Positions 12,182 to 25,565 of a DNA stretch of 64,000 bases are shown here, piece after piece. Position 1 is the stretch's first letter. Each line of letters opens with the position of its first letter. The stretch is from NCBI GenBank assembly GCA_036785375.1, contig JAWMAR010001507.1:186001-250000 (forward strand). Reading direction: 5' to 3'. The translations under genes and the position numbers were made by a program. This DNA comes from Leucoraja ocellata. Its lineage: Eukaryota. Under the pieces are notes generated by a model. That model was not told the DNA's origin and did not search any database. It saw only the letters and a program-made list of their open reading frames with translations.

Positions 12182-15100
12182 CTATGGAAAGAAGAAGAAA
12201 AATAACTGTCACGTTGTTCACAGATACATCAGGGTTAAGATTAAGAGCCTGCTCACTTAGGCTATTGCTGAATCTGTTTCCAACTCCCATCATTCCAACC
12301 ACAAATTGCATTAAGAAAAGGTAGTTCCTCGTGTCGTCTCATTTTTTTTTAAGCTGTGCCCTCTGACAATGCCATCAGAAACATGTTTTACAAACTATAT
12401 CTAAAGCGTTAATGTTTCTAAACATTGCCATGAATAAGATTATAAGATTGTGATATAAAGGAGCAGAATTAGGCCATTTGGCCCTTCGAGTCTACTCCAC
12501 TATTGATCATTGCTGAACTATTTTTCCCTCTCCAGCCCAATCTCCTGCCTTCTCCCCCTAACTTTTGAGGCCCTTTGACGAGGTCAAACCTCTCCTCAGC
12601 CTTCTCTGCTAAAAGGAGAAAACAGCATTTTCTCCAAGAATCTGTAATCTTTTATTCCTCGAACATTCTGTATCTATTCCAAAGCCTCTGTGTCCTTTCT
12701 TAAGTGCCTACAATTGGGCAGAATGGGTCAGATTTCCTTGGCTTGTCCCCAGTTTCATGCTCGCCCCTGGGTGATCTGTTGAGTATCATTATTTTTCCAC
12801 CGCCCTACGGGAAATATTATACAGGAGGCCACAGCCTGTCCATGACTTGGAGAGGGCTGTGAATGGGAGCCAGTCCTCTGGGGCTGGAACCCAGGACTCC
12901 AGTTTGCCTCCAGCACTGTCCTGAAACCCTTTGATACTTCTTAAATGTTTCTCTGATATTTACAGGCTTTAAAGTCAGCAACCTGTTCACTGCTTTTTGA
13001 AGGGCCTGATGCATTCAATGAATAAATGTATGATTGAATGAATTCATCCCCTCAACCCAGTATACCTGGAACCACACTGGGACTGTGTCAGAATCTAACT
13101 TCCAGCACATATTTGGTTTCAGAGCAGCAGCATGCATACGTGGAGGTTGAAAATGTGTTGAACATTGGAGGCAGATAGGCAACGGGTTCCCTGTAGATCT
13201 TGCATTGGTCCAATGTTCAAGCTAGGGTAGGATCAGAGCTTTGCACTGGTATAAAATACAACTTCCTGGCATTTGACTTACGCCTCTAATCATAAAACCC
13301 AGCATTTGTCTTACTTAATCAGCCTGCCCTACTATCTCCAAAATTATGTGCACAAGCATCCCTGGTCTCTCCATATAACAGAGGACCCATCATTCAGTCT
13401 GAAGAAGGGTGTCAACCCAAAAGGTTGGCTGTCCATTCCCTCCACAGATACTGCCTGGCCTGCTGAGTTAATCTCGCACTTTGTGTTATGTTCCAGGTTC
13501 TAGCATCTGTAGTCTCTTGTGTCTCCTGAACTCTTTCTTTGTGAATTGCTTTAAAATGGTACAACGTCATTTTTATTTTTGGTCATAAAGCCACCCACCA
13601 CAGAAACAGCCATTCAGCCCATTATATACATGCCAGTCATCAGGTACTTAACCATACTAGTCCCATTTCTCAACAGTCAATTGGCCTGTTTCTGTGCTGT
13701 ATTTCAATAGGACTATCTCTGGATCCACCTCTCAGCAAAGGCAGACATTGTTGGTGGATTTACCATAATCATCACAATGCTGGCATTGGCTACTTGATAA
13801 AAAAATGTTTCAAAGTCAAACCTCACACCTGGCACAAAATCATGGACTACCAGGCAACAGTGATCTGTGTCTCTTGGCTTCTAACACGTGGATTGTCTAT
13901 TGCAAGCACCTCAGGGCACTGGAAAGATACTTCCAATGCTGCTTTTGCAAAATCCTCGCAATCAACTGGAAGAATATACGAACTAATGTTAGTTCATAAC
14001 TTATAATAGCAGAAATAGGCCATTCAGCCCATCAAGTCTACTCCACCATTCAATCATGGCTGATCTATCTTTCCTTCTTAACCCCATACTCCTGCCTTCT
14101 CCCCATAACACCCGAAACCCTTAGGGTCCTCTCTCACACCAAAACCTCTCGCATCAAACAGCTAATTACACTCAGTTGGCTCCATGTATGACATCAGATT
14201 CCCAAAATGGATGCCAAGCTCTGTCACAGGAAGAGATTATCAGGTGGAGGGAGAAAAAGATTCAAGAATATTCCCAACAATCCCTCGACTCTTGGGAATC
14301 CCTGGGCCAGTGCAGTTCAAAATGGAGAAGGAATATTCAGGATGACATTAAACTTTGTCCATGTGTCAGGAGCAAAGGAAGCTGAACATAAATGATGCAA
14401 GGAGTGTACCGCCTCACAATACCCATCAGCCTGTCCCATTGCGCACTTCCTGTTCCATCTGTGGAATAGTCTGCAATCCCCACACTTCTTTCATCAGTCA
14501 CCTCAGAGCCCGTAGGACAGAGTGGAAGCAATCCTCAAGGGGTTTTATTGTAAGAAGACTACATTTTCAAGTTATGTCTGACGATAGGGTGCAGATCCAA
14601 AATATTGACTGTCCATTCATTGCACTGATGCTGCTTAACCCACTGAGTTCCTCCAGTACTTTGTGTTTTATTTTCAAGTTATGTGTAGCCTGTAAGTTTA
14701 AAAACATGCCATTTAGCTCTCAAATCTAAGTACTTGATCAAATGTAAACCAAATCTCAGGAGCTTGACTGAACACTCCCTAAAAAACAGAACTTGTACAA
14801 TGATATTTTCTATTACTCAGCCTCTTTTATATCTATGTTCCCGCTTCCCTTTTTATTCCACAGACTCCAATTTTGCTGACATGGTAATAATGCAATACTG
14901 TAACATAGAGACACTGAATATTCATGAACTGACATTAAACTGAGTCGTCTGGAATTAGCAGGTTTATCTTATTTGTACAAGCATACAATATTGATAGCCC
15001 TCCGATCCTTTGGCACCACTTCTACCAAGATGGGTAATTGAAAGATTATGGCCAGAATTTCCACAATCTCCTGTTTTATAAGCCTCAGCAAATGAGGTCA

Positions 15101-15254
15101 CATTGCATCTGTGCCAGGAAAATTATTCACTTTAACTACCACCAGCCTTTCTAGTACTTTATTTTTGAAATCTCATTCAGTATCCTGGCAACCTCCTTAT
15201 TCACCTATGCAAAATCCCATTCATCTGCAGTATAATTGTTCGATTGCTTTAAGA

Positions 15255-15665
15255 TCATAGGATCATGTGATAGGAGCAGAATTAGGCCCATCAAGTCTAC
15301 TCCGCCATTCAATCATGGCTGATCTATCTCTCCCTCCCTCCTAACCCCACTCTCCTGCCTTCTGACACCCATACTAATCAAGAATCTATCTATCTCTGCC
15401 TTAAAAATATCCACTGACTTGGCCTCCACAGCCCTTTGTGGCAAAGAATTCCATTGATTCACCACCCTCTGACTAAAGAAATTCTTCCTCACCTCCTTCC
15501 TAACAAAACGACCTTTAATTCTGAGGCTATGACCACTGGTCCTAGTATCTCCAACTAGTGGAAACATCCTCTCCACATCCACGCTATCCAAGCAATTCAC
15601 TATTCTGTACATTTCAATGAGGTCCCCCCTCATTCTTCTAAACTCCAGCGAATACAACAGGCCCA
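15255..15665 (-). mobile_element. CR1-type LINE ORF2 C-terminus and 3' UTR
   Basis: ORF 15313..15657: YSLEFRRMRGDLIE...FFSQRVVNQWNSLP. Confidence 0.88.
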
Positions 15666-17849
15666 GTGCTAAAAAGTGCTAAAAGAAACAATTTTCAAAT
15701 GTGCCTTACTTCAATAATAATCTAATCTGGTTGTAATTTTGTTTTGAAAAGTTCCTTACAAAATCAAGTCTCATTTTGACCTCTTCTTTCATTTCACCTT
15801 CACAGATAAAAGTTAACCTATGATTGGAGCAATTGTTTTCATCAGTTGTACTCAATCCATATTGAAAAAGAGGAATGATTTAAAGTATTTAAATTTGTAA
15901 TTTCTAATGAAGTCTAATTTCCCTGGGACTCTGTATGGAGAGCTTCAGCAATCTAGCAATCAGAGAAACCAGAGAGAATGAGGGAAGTTTAGCTCTAATA
16001 CACAAGGATAAAATGGTTGAATGAACTTGCAGTCTCCAGAACATTTTTTGATTAATTTCCCATCCAGGTTGCAGAGGCCTGTGGAATAAGGCCACTGCTG
16101 ACCATGATTGATAGGGTGGAATCGAGACTGCAAATGTTTCTGTGAAAAATCTGAGTGAAAACGTTTAACCCTCCTGACTCACAAAGAGTGCTGAAAAAGG
16201 AATTATCTTGTGGAGCTGTCAGCTCCAGCCAGGCTTTTCATTGTCGGGTTTCTTGCCTTTTGTGATGAGAACTCACTGATCCTACATGAGTTTTACATAA
16301 TGTTGCCAAGATATCGGGTGCTATGAAAACCACAGCAAGCACTTGTACAATAGGTTAGGATCTCACTTCATGCACTTTGCAATTTGATCTCCAAACCTCC
16401 CCAGCTCCAAATGGTAAAAATCAAGACTCAACATACTAAACCTAACAGTCAGTCTGAATAAAGGTCCCAAACCGAAACGTCACCTATTTATGTTCTCCAA
16501 TGATGCTGCCTGACCTGCTGAGGTACTCCAGCACTTTGAGTCTTTATAAAGCATATTTTTCAATGGCCTCTTATGATTTGTCGTTGTTCCATTTTGGGAC
16601 TTGTGACAGTAAAACACTCTTGACTCTCTCAAACCAGATAATTTAACTACAGATGAATAAAACCACTCCTCACACCCACACAGAATTATATACCATTTTA
16701 TAGCTAACATGGGAACAAACAAGAGATGAAGTAAAATGGGTGCATTTACACCTTGGGAATGAAAAATAAACATGAAAATATAACAATACCACAATAATTT
16801 ATACCATCTAGTTGATTTCTAAATGACTGCAGAAAGTGAGCAGTTACAGCTGGACTCAATGAAGAACTAAGAAGATGAAGCTGCTTTTGGTACTGTCATT
16901 GTCCCGTGGATATAGTTCATTCTGTTCATGTTCTTATATTTGCTTGGCTGGAGCTGAGCAGTCGTTTTCTTTTGTATGACTTGCAGAGTTTATTTTTGTG
17001 CACTAGCTGTCTCATCAACAGGATATAGAAAGAAGTGAGTGTAGGGAGTGGTTGACTTGAGAAAAGTTTGGTCATGCCACCTCACTCACCACAAGCTTCC
17101 GCGGCGTTTCAAACATGCCCAGTTCATAGTCAATGTGGAGGCTTCTCAATCCAAGTGAAAAGAAATACTCCTTATCGAATTAAAATCCATTAATCAAAAT
17201 CCCCATTTATCAGATCAACCCATAACAATTGAAAGGATTATCCATATATAGCCAGACACTAATTAACAATTCAACATTAATCCGTAACGCTTTCAAGGCA
17301 GATATTTTAGAATCTGAGAAAATGTGTTTTCTGCCAGCAGTTTTCAAAATCACTGCCCTCAGGAATTGCACACTATTCCAAAGAACAGCCACAATAAGGG
17401 CTCTATTTATAGCATAGCTTGAAAAATAAAAGGAAATTACATGTTCTAGGGAAAAGTCTGGGCCTAACGTTAAAAAAAAATGCACCCGTATAAACATAGT
17501 GGGCAAGCAATTAATAAGCAAAAAAATAATGTTGAAAAATAAAGACATGCATGTGCATAATATCTCTGATACCTCAGGTCATTGAACCAAATTCGGTATT
17601 CTGGATATGTCGTCACTAATGCTATGTAGAAAATGCAGCAACCACTGCACCAGCCCAGCAAACTCTTGTGAATAACAATGTGATAATGATCAATTACTCT
17701 GCTTGCTTATGATGTTAAATGAAGGACAAATGTGCAATAGAACTCTGAATTCCTACTTGCTTCTTTGAAAATGTGCGGGGAAGTAGAAGATAGAATAGTG
17801 CAGCACACGAACTGGCCCCGCGGCCCACAATGTCTGTGCTGAGCATGAT

Positions 17850-18450
17850 GCTCGGATTCTCTTGAACGTCTACAGGTGCACAGTGGAGAGCATACTGACT
17901 TGTTGCATCATGGCATGGTTCGACAACTTGAATGTCCAGGAGCGGAAAAGACTGCAAAATGTTGTGACCACTGCCCAGTCCATCACCGGCTTTGACCTCC
18001 CCACCATCGAAGGGATTTATCGGAGTCGCTGCCTCAAAAAGGCAGCCAGCATCAACAAAGACCCACATCATCCTGGCCACACACTCATTTCACCACTGCC
18101 ATCGGGAAAAGGTACAGGAGCCTGAAAACTGTAATGTCCGGGTTCAGGAACAGCTTCTTCCCTCCAGCCATCAGGCTATTAAACACAACCTCATATAAGC
18201 TCTGAACTATAATAGACTATTATTATTATTGCACTGTTATTGTTTGTTTTTTGAGTATGTGTGTGTGTGTATATATATATAAATATATTGTGACTATGTG
18301 TACATATACACAATTAACTTTTTTTTCCTCTCTCTCGTTTATCATATTGTTCACAGTGTACTATGTTTACATATTGTGTTGTGCTGCAGCAAGTAAGAAT
18401 TTCATTGTTCTATCTGGGACATATGACAATAAAACACTCTTGACTCTTGA
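17850..18450 (+). mobile_element. Rex1/Babar-type LINE 3' fragment
   Basis: YRCTVESILTCCIMAWF...AASINKDPHHPGHTLISPLPSG (DUF1891-like RT C-terminus), then a 3' UTR ending tgacaataaaacactcttgactcttga. Confidence 0.85.
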
Positions 18451-19335
18451 ACTCTTATTTGTCTGCACATGATCCATATCCCTCCATTCCTGTTTATCCA
18501 TGTGAATGAATGAATAAGTTTATTGGCCAAGTATGTTCACATACAAGGAATTTGCCTTGGTGCTCCACTCGCAAGTGACAACATGACATACAGTGCCTTT
18601 GCAAACAGCTCTTAAATGCCGTACCTATGGTCTTCCTGAGAGAGCAGAGAGGACATCAACTTAAAGTCTAATCAAAAGTGCCAGTGAACACCAGTGTCAC
18701 ACTTCATTAAGATATCAGTACTTTCTGTGCTCAAGTCATCACAATTGTACAATAATCTTCCAACCCAGAGTTGAAAACGGCATCAAATGAGATATAACAT
18801 TCAGAGCTAGAGTTTAGGTCACTCATGCAACTTGTCCATCACACCACCTGCTTATTTCTATGAAAAATGTCAAATTTCAAATTCTTCATCATCCTTCTAG
18901 ATGACACTTCCTGAACACAACTCCTCAATGATATCAATGGTCCTGAACTGTAATAATCCTTTAAGATTAATAAACTAGATGCCTGAACTAATAGAGACAC
19001 AGGTAACTGCAGATTCTGGAATCTTGCATAGTGCAAAATTATGAAGGGACGTGACCTGAAATATCGTCTATCTGTCCTCCAGAGATGTTGTCAGACTTGC
19101 TGAGTTACTCCAACAATTTGTACCGATATCTGAACTAATAATCCACTAGAATATACACATCAATCATACTGCAGTCATACAAAATGTGATCCAATGGAGA
19201 CCGCTAATGTCAATTAGCTAGCCAAATCACCATAAAATTCCAACTGATTCAAATCATGTAAGTTTGGAAAAGAAACTTGCTTCTCTTATCTAGTACAATC
19301 CATTTATGAATCCAGTCCTTAAAATCCCATAATTA

Positions 19336-19833
19336 CGGCAGAGTAGCGCAGTGGTAGAGCTGCCGTCTCACAGCGCCAGAGTTTTGGGCTTAATCCTAAC
19401 TACGGATGATGCCTGCGCACAGTTTGTGCATTCTCCTTGTGACCGCATGGGTTTTCTCTAGGTGCTCCAGTTTCCTTCCATATTCCAAAGACGTGCAGGT
19501 TTGTAAGTTGTATAAGAAGGAACTGCAGATGTTGGTTAAAACGAAGATAGACACAAAATGCTGGATTAACCCAGCGAGACTGGCAGCATCTCTGGAGAGA
19601 AGAAATGAATGATGTTTCGGGTCGAGACCATTCTCCAGTCTGAAGAAGGGTCTCGACCCCAGATGGTCACCCATTCCTTATCTCCAGAGATGCTGCTGGT
19701 CCCGCTGGGTTAATCCAGCATTTTGTGTCTATTTTCAGGTTTGTGGGTTAATTGTCTTCTGTAAATTGCCCCTAGTGTGTAGGATGGGAAAGCGTGGATA
19801 GATGGTCGCCGAAGATCCAGGCTGTATCTCTAA
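19336..19833 (+). mobile_element. HE1/V-SINE interrupted by a PLE-derived foldback (19510-19735)
   Basis: tRNA-like head (gcgcagtggtagagctgcc), V-domain (gggttttctc..ggtgctccagtttcc), body resumes after 19736. Confidence 0.8.
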
Positions 19834-20393
19834 GCTCTACCCTTTGAAGTTTAACAACTTTAACAAAGAAGGGATTTTCAATAAAGGCTTAAAAATAAAA
19901 ATAGAAGTTGGGATTTTTTTTTTCTCAGATCAGATATTCAAGATTTGTGGAGTATGGCATGTGACCACTTACATAATACCATTTGTAACTATGTTAGTGC
20001 TGCTATTTTGTACAGTTAAAAAAAACACATCTCCATTAATGATGGATCACCAGAACATTCCATGTTCTTGTCATAAGTCCTCTAGAAATAACGGAAATGT
20101 GTCTATGGTCACGTCAAACTTAAACTTCCAATCCAAGTGTTCGGTCGTTCTGAAATACCTGCAAACCATGAAATGGAAGGGAAGAAAGTAAAACAAGGGA
20201 GAGGAAGACACTGTAAAACAGGAGAATAAAGGAAAAAAGATGAGACAGAAAGCATAAGAACATAAGATAAATATTTTTTGTGTTGAATTTAATCCTATCA
20301 AGACTACCAGTTGATTGAAATGTATCTGAAAATTTTCACTACAGATATTAAAAGTGCTAACAAATCAATTTAGTAAATTAAAAACAGACATAC

Positions 20394-20512
20394 CCTGAAA
20401 AGCTTTACTCCTTCTGGATCTTCAAGGAGATTTTCTAGTGAAATGGCCCACTTTGAGAATCCTGATGTATTCGGCTGGCTAGAACAGGCACGCACATCAT
20501 TATCATGTATTT
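20394..20512 (-). CDS. RGS10: RGS10 coding exon 2 ((E)IHDNDVRACSSQPNTSGFSKWAISLENLLEDPEGVKLFR)
   Basis: 119 nt, phase 1/0; ttttacag| acceptor, AGG|gtatgt donor; matches human IHD...KWAxSLENLLEDPEGVKxFR. Confidence 0.96.
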
Positions 20513-20831
20513 CTGTAAAACAAAAAGACACAAAGCTTAACAATGAGTATTACCATGGCATAAATGCCTGGAGTTTTGACCGCCTTTTTTTTAGATATGC
20601 TGAACCTATGCTGCACATAGTGGCAACACCCGATCAGATCCCCTGCAAAAAATTGTGAAACGGGATCAAAATCTTATGGAAACATAGTTGTAAGAGTAAA
20701 CCAATCATCCTAAAATGGGGGGGGGGGGGGGGGGGGAGACAATCTGCTGGGGCATAGAACTTGGCAGGAGATGACACCAGCTTCCATATATGAGAATCCC
20801 CACCCAGGAAACCAGCAGCATAATCACTGAT

Positions 20832-21052
20832 GGGCCTGTCCCACTTACACGCCATTTTCAGCGACTGTCGGCATCCGTCATGTCGCGGGGTGAAGCCTGT
20901 ATGGTCGTGAGTAGTCGCCCAAAGAGTCGTACCTTATTCTGGTCGCCGCTGGATTTTCAACATGTTGAAAATTTTCGGAGACCTGCTGCGACTATGACGG
21001 GTGCCGGCAAGTCACCGAAAAAAACTGCGCAAGGCCCTTACGCGACAGGCCC
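20832..21052. mobile_element. MITE with long imperfect TIRs (PIF/Harbinger-like)
   Basis: Starts GGGCCTGTC and ends GACAGGCCC; inner arms cggcatccgtcat / atgacgggtgccg are also complementary; non-coding, about 220 bp. Confidence 0.7.
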
Positions 21053-22699
21053 TTCACTGTCTGACTGAAGGGAGATGAATCTAGATGAGGGAAAGAATAT
21101 AGAATACAAGACAGTATATGGTAGGCGGTATTTGATCAATAGTGGTGGAGCTCCTTGTGGGACCATTGCAGCCAAGTTTATTGTGCTCAAGGTACTGACT
21201 AACAAACCAGAGAGATTTCATTTCAGTCACTCGTCTGTATTGAGCCGACAGATCAGTGTGTGGAACTACAAATGGCTTTAACAATCCTGTGCTTGCAACA
21301 GTTCAGTCTGAACAACAACTATTCCCAGTTGCGGCCTGTTTGCTGAATTACTCCAGCATTTTGTGTCTATCTTCAGTGTAAGCCAGTATCCGCACAACTT
21401 TACCTGTTCATTATCCAACCCCACAACACCTTACTATCCAGTGGCAGTCCAATGACTAGAATCGTTACAAAAAAATGAGTTTTCAAATCATGTCTGCAAC
21501 TTAAACAGTTCCTGAAAGATCAAAAAGGCAGATCAGAATATCTTTCAACTGTTCAGAAGCATAGAATTGAAAGAGCAAATATATTTAATTGCAAATAATT
21601 GTGCCATACCCATAGAAAGGTCAAATTTAATTAGTCCATTGTATGTGGGTTGGGACAGATTTACTACTTTAGAGTTGGCATTTATTTAACATTTTCAAGG
21701 CTTTTTCACGTAAAGAAAATATATGCTATTTGAATTTGTGGTTACATGTCTCCAACCTCCTCAGGATGTTGTAGAATGATTCACTGCCACTGAAATACAT
21801 TTGAGTGTTAGCAAATGTGGAAGTTAACACATGTACAACATTGTCCAACAATTATACAAATAGTGAAATAGCTCTTGTTTTGGTGTTGGTAAAAAAGAAT
21901 ATGTTGGTCAGAACACAAATAGAAATCTCATGCCCTTTGACGAATAGCTCAGGGCTTCAATTTCACATGCTTCCAAAAAAACAACAACGAAAGGCTCTCC
22001 TAATACAGCCTTTTCTTTCAAACACAAAAGCTTTGGCTGAAACTACGCACTGCCTTTCCCAATGAGCATATCAACACTTTGTCACTAAGAATTACACCTG
22101 GTTCAGCTGCCTCATTTATTTCCTTCTTCTTCACCAGTTCATGTAGGAAGGAACTGCAGATGCTGGTTTAAGATCTTCCATTCCTTCTCTCCAGAGATGC
22201 TATCTGTCTCGTTGAGTTACTTCAGCAATTTGTGTCTGTCTCCTCCGTTAATCTATCAGACCATGCACCCCTCAAAGGTTCTTTCCCATATGCCCAGCAC
22301 TGAGCTCACATCTTTTCATGTTGCTCTATCTAGCTTTGTTGCCTATCTGAACGGTATTATTTATAAAATCTACTTCCTGTCCTTTCTGACCAAACTACTG
22401 GCCTTTCTATTAGCCTTCTTATCCCTGCTCAGCTACCTGCCCTCCCGCAAATGTGCACCCTTCCTCCAAAATGCAATCTCTCAATTCTTATGAATAAACC
22501 CCACTTGTCAAACGTCCTTTCCTCCCTGATTTTTTTCCACATGTGGCCTATTGCAAATCGTTCTTGAAAGTCAATGTTTAGTAGTCAGATTTCCAACTCT
22601 GCCTCAACAGTGTCTCAGCGTTGTAGTGGCTATTATTAAATTTCCAGGAAACTCTTTTCCCCCACACTTTTGAATCCATCTGTAGGCGTCAACACTCTT

Positions 22700-23195
22700 C
22701 ACCCTCTGCAATTATCCAGCTGAGTGCCATTGCCTGATTCTATTCACATCCATCCAGTCACAACCAGAAGATCACCTGCTATCACTTCACTATCACTGGC
22801 TCCTGATTCAGTAACACTTGGAATTTAAAAGCCTACGTCCTTGCTTTCAAATAGCTTTATGATCTCACCCTTCCTCATCAGTATTTCTCCTCCATCCAAA
22901 TTATTTTCCTAGGTGTTTGTACTGCTCCAATTCTGGTTTTGGCACATTTCTGAGTTTAATTTTTTAGCAATTCTACACATATCTACAGTTGCCTAGTTTC
23001 CTAGCTTCCTAGCTTCATGTCTCCACCCAAAACCTCTCGCCCCCTCCCTCTTCATTTAAGGAACTCCTCAAAACCTATCTTCCTAATTAGATGTAGTTGT
23101 CTGTCCGAATATTTAATATTTGTTCTCAAATTTTGCTTGATGTCAGGCCTTCAAAGTGCCTTGACAAAACATGTTATATAAATGCAAACTGTATG
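22700..23195 (+). mobile_element. Ancient L2-type LINE 3' remnant
   Basis: Decayed HWL....EFK..VLAFK motif near 22795-22850 and tatataaatgcaa 3' end. Confidence 0.55.
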
Positions 23196-24257
23196 TAAGG
23201 GACAATGCAAAAACATTCAGGCTTCAGATTTCTTTCCAACCCAGAATATGGCTTGCTAGCACCTGATGTCTAGACACAGTCTATCAATCTACACAACGAG
23301 TCAGCATTCTCAAAAGAGGAAGGGAGGCCATTTTTAACCATAAAAAACAGCTCACAAAGCTGCCACTTTCTATCCAAGTGCAACCACACTAAACTATCCT
23401 TCCTCATGCTTGTCAAAACGAATGTACTGCCACTTCAAAGGAGGACTTTGTGGGCACAGAATCTTTGACGGCTTTATATTTAACTGTTCGTGCGGCAGCC
23501 ACCACTTTTATGTTATTTCTACTTAAATCGCAAACATGTCGGCATTTTCCTTTCCGCATCTTGGCTATGTCGAAATCAAGGCTCAAAGCACTGTCCCAAA
23601 TCTAACTCCGTTTTTTTTTTACCCTGGGCATTAACACAACACCCATTTTGCTTAAACATTTCCTAGTGACAATACATTGTGACTTCATGATTAACTTTGA
23701 CTGAGCCCCCTAATCTTTGCAACTCCTTCCACACCAGTGCAAATAAAGGAAACTTATGCATAGTGTCTTTTGCTGCTTCTTTTTGTTGTTCCTGGCTGAA
23801 AGTGCATTCCTCAGGGAAGAGTAAAGAGGATAAACTGAAATTAATGAAAATAAAAATATTTATATTATATAACAGATAAAGTTGATGTGAGGGTTTAACT
23901 TCAAAACAATATTAAAATCATGTTTCAGAAAGTTATTTTTAGAAAAAAAAAGATTGGTCAAATGCTATCTATTTTCAGTTATAAACTGTAAACCTGTAAA
24001 TATGTCAAATATGTTGTGTTAAATTCACCCTTATTTTCCGGTTGCTTTTACATCAAGCGCAGAGCAATTGCAGGCATATTTCCTCAAGGTACCTAGATCA
24101 ACAAATGTATAATATAGTGTCTTGCCTGTTTTAACATAATCTATCAATTGAGTTGTCAAAAATGATCATTCTGCTTTGCTGAAATTATTTCAGAGTTCCA
24201 TTATGCTCGCTTGAGAATTCTAAATTGACCACTCCAAACTGGCAGCACTCCACATTC

Positions 24258-24935
24258 ATAGTCATAAAGTGATACAGTGTGGAAACAGGCCCTTCGGCCC
24301 AACACGCCCACACTGGCCAACAATGTCCCAGCTAACCTAGTCCCACTTGCCTGCACTTGGTCCATAACCCTCCAAACCTGTCAAATCCTTGAACCTGTCC
24401 AACTGTTTCTTAAGCGATGGGATAGTCCCAGCCTCAACTACCTCCTCTGGTTCCATACACCCTGTGTGAAAAGGTTACCCCTCGGATTCCTATTAAATCT
24501 TTTCCCCTTCACCTTGATCCTACGTCCTCTGGTCCTCAATTCCCCAATTCTGGGTAAAAGACTCTGTCCATCTACCCAATCTATTCCTCTCATGATTTTG
24601 TATAAGATCCCTCCTCATCCTCCTGCGCATCATGGAATAGAGACCCAGCCTACTCAAACTCTCACTATAACTTACACCCTCTAGTCCTGGCAACATCCTC
24701 GTAAATCTTTTCTGAACCCTTTCAAGTTTGACAATATCTTTCCAATAACATGGTGCCCAGAACTGAACACAATATTCTAAATGCGGTCTCACCAACGTCT
24801 TATACAACTGCAACATGACCTCCCAACTTCTATACTCAATACTCTGACTGATGAAGGCCAAAGTGCCAAAAGCCTTTTTGACCGCCTTATGTACCTGCGA
24901 CTCGACCTTCAAGGAACTATGCACCTGTACTCCTC
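24258..24935 (-). mobile_element. CR1-type LINE ORF2 C-terminus and 3' UTR
   Basis: ORF 24520..24960: LYKTLVRPHLEYCVQFWAP...LERVQKRFTRMLPGL. Confidence 0.92.
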
Positions 24936-25200
24936 GATCCAAACACACAAACATAGTCATGGGTTTATATGAAATAAATGAAACATGAACAGCTGAATAT
25001 TACTGTCCCGGCTCTTAGTAGATAGTTAATGGTGCAGTAGTCAATCATTCCGTGTCTATTGACAGATGGAGAACTTCAGTGAATGTTCTGCCCTCGATCA
25101 GCCTAATAATACATCAGCCAAATATTTATAAAGCAATTCTTATAAATTTCAGTCTAAAGTAGGGTCCCAACCAGAAATGTCAACTGTTCACGTTCTGCAT

Positions 25201-25565
25201 GAGGGACCTCATTGAAACTTACGGTATAATGAAAGGCATGGATAGAGTGGTGTGGAGAGGATGTTTCCACTAGTGTGAGACTCTAGAACCAGAGGACATA
25301 ACTTCAGAATAAAGGATGTACCTTTAGAAAGTTGAGGAGGAGTTACTTTAGTCAGAGGGTGGAGAATCTGTGGAATTCATTGCCACAGATGGCTGTGAAG
25401 GCCATGTCAGTGGATATTTTTAGGCGGAGGTTGACAGATTCTCAATTATTAAGTGTCAGGAGTTATGGGGAGAAGGCAGGCGGGTTGAGAGGGAAAGATA
25501 GTTCAGCCATGATTGAATGGCAGAGTAGACTAGATGGGCTGAACGGCCTAATTCTGCTCCTATAA
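25201..25565 (+). mobile_element. CR1-type LINE 3' fragment
   Basis: FSQRVENLWNSLPQ; same subfamily as 15255-15665 (-) and 56403-56755 (+). Confidence 0.85.

Noticed and set aside
20717-20736. G20 homopolymer (similar runs near 34913, 37214 and 60153)
   Set aside because: Simple homopolymers, mostly within or beside repeats; no evidence of function and length may be unreliable.
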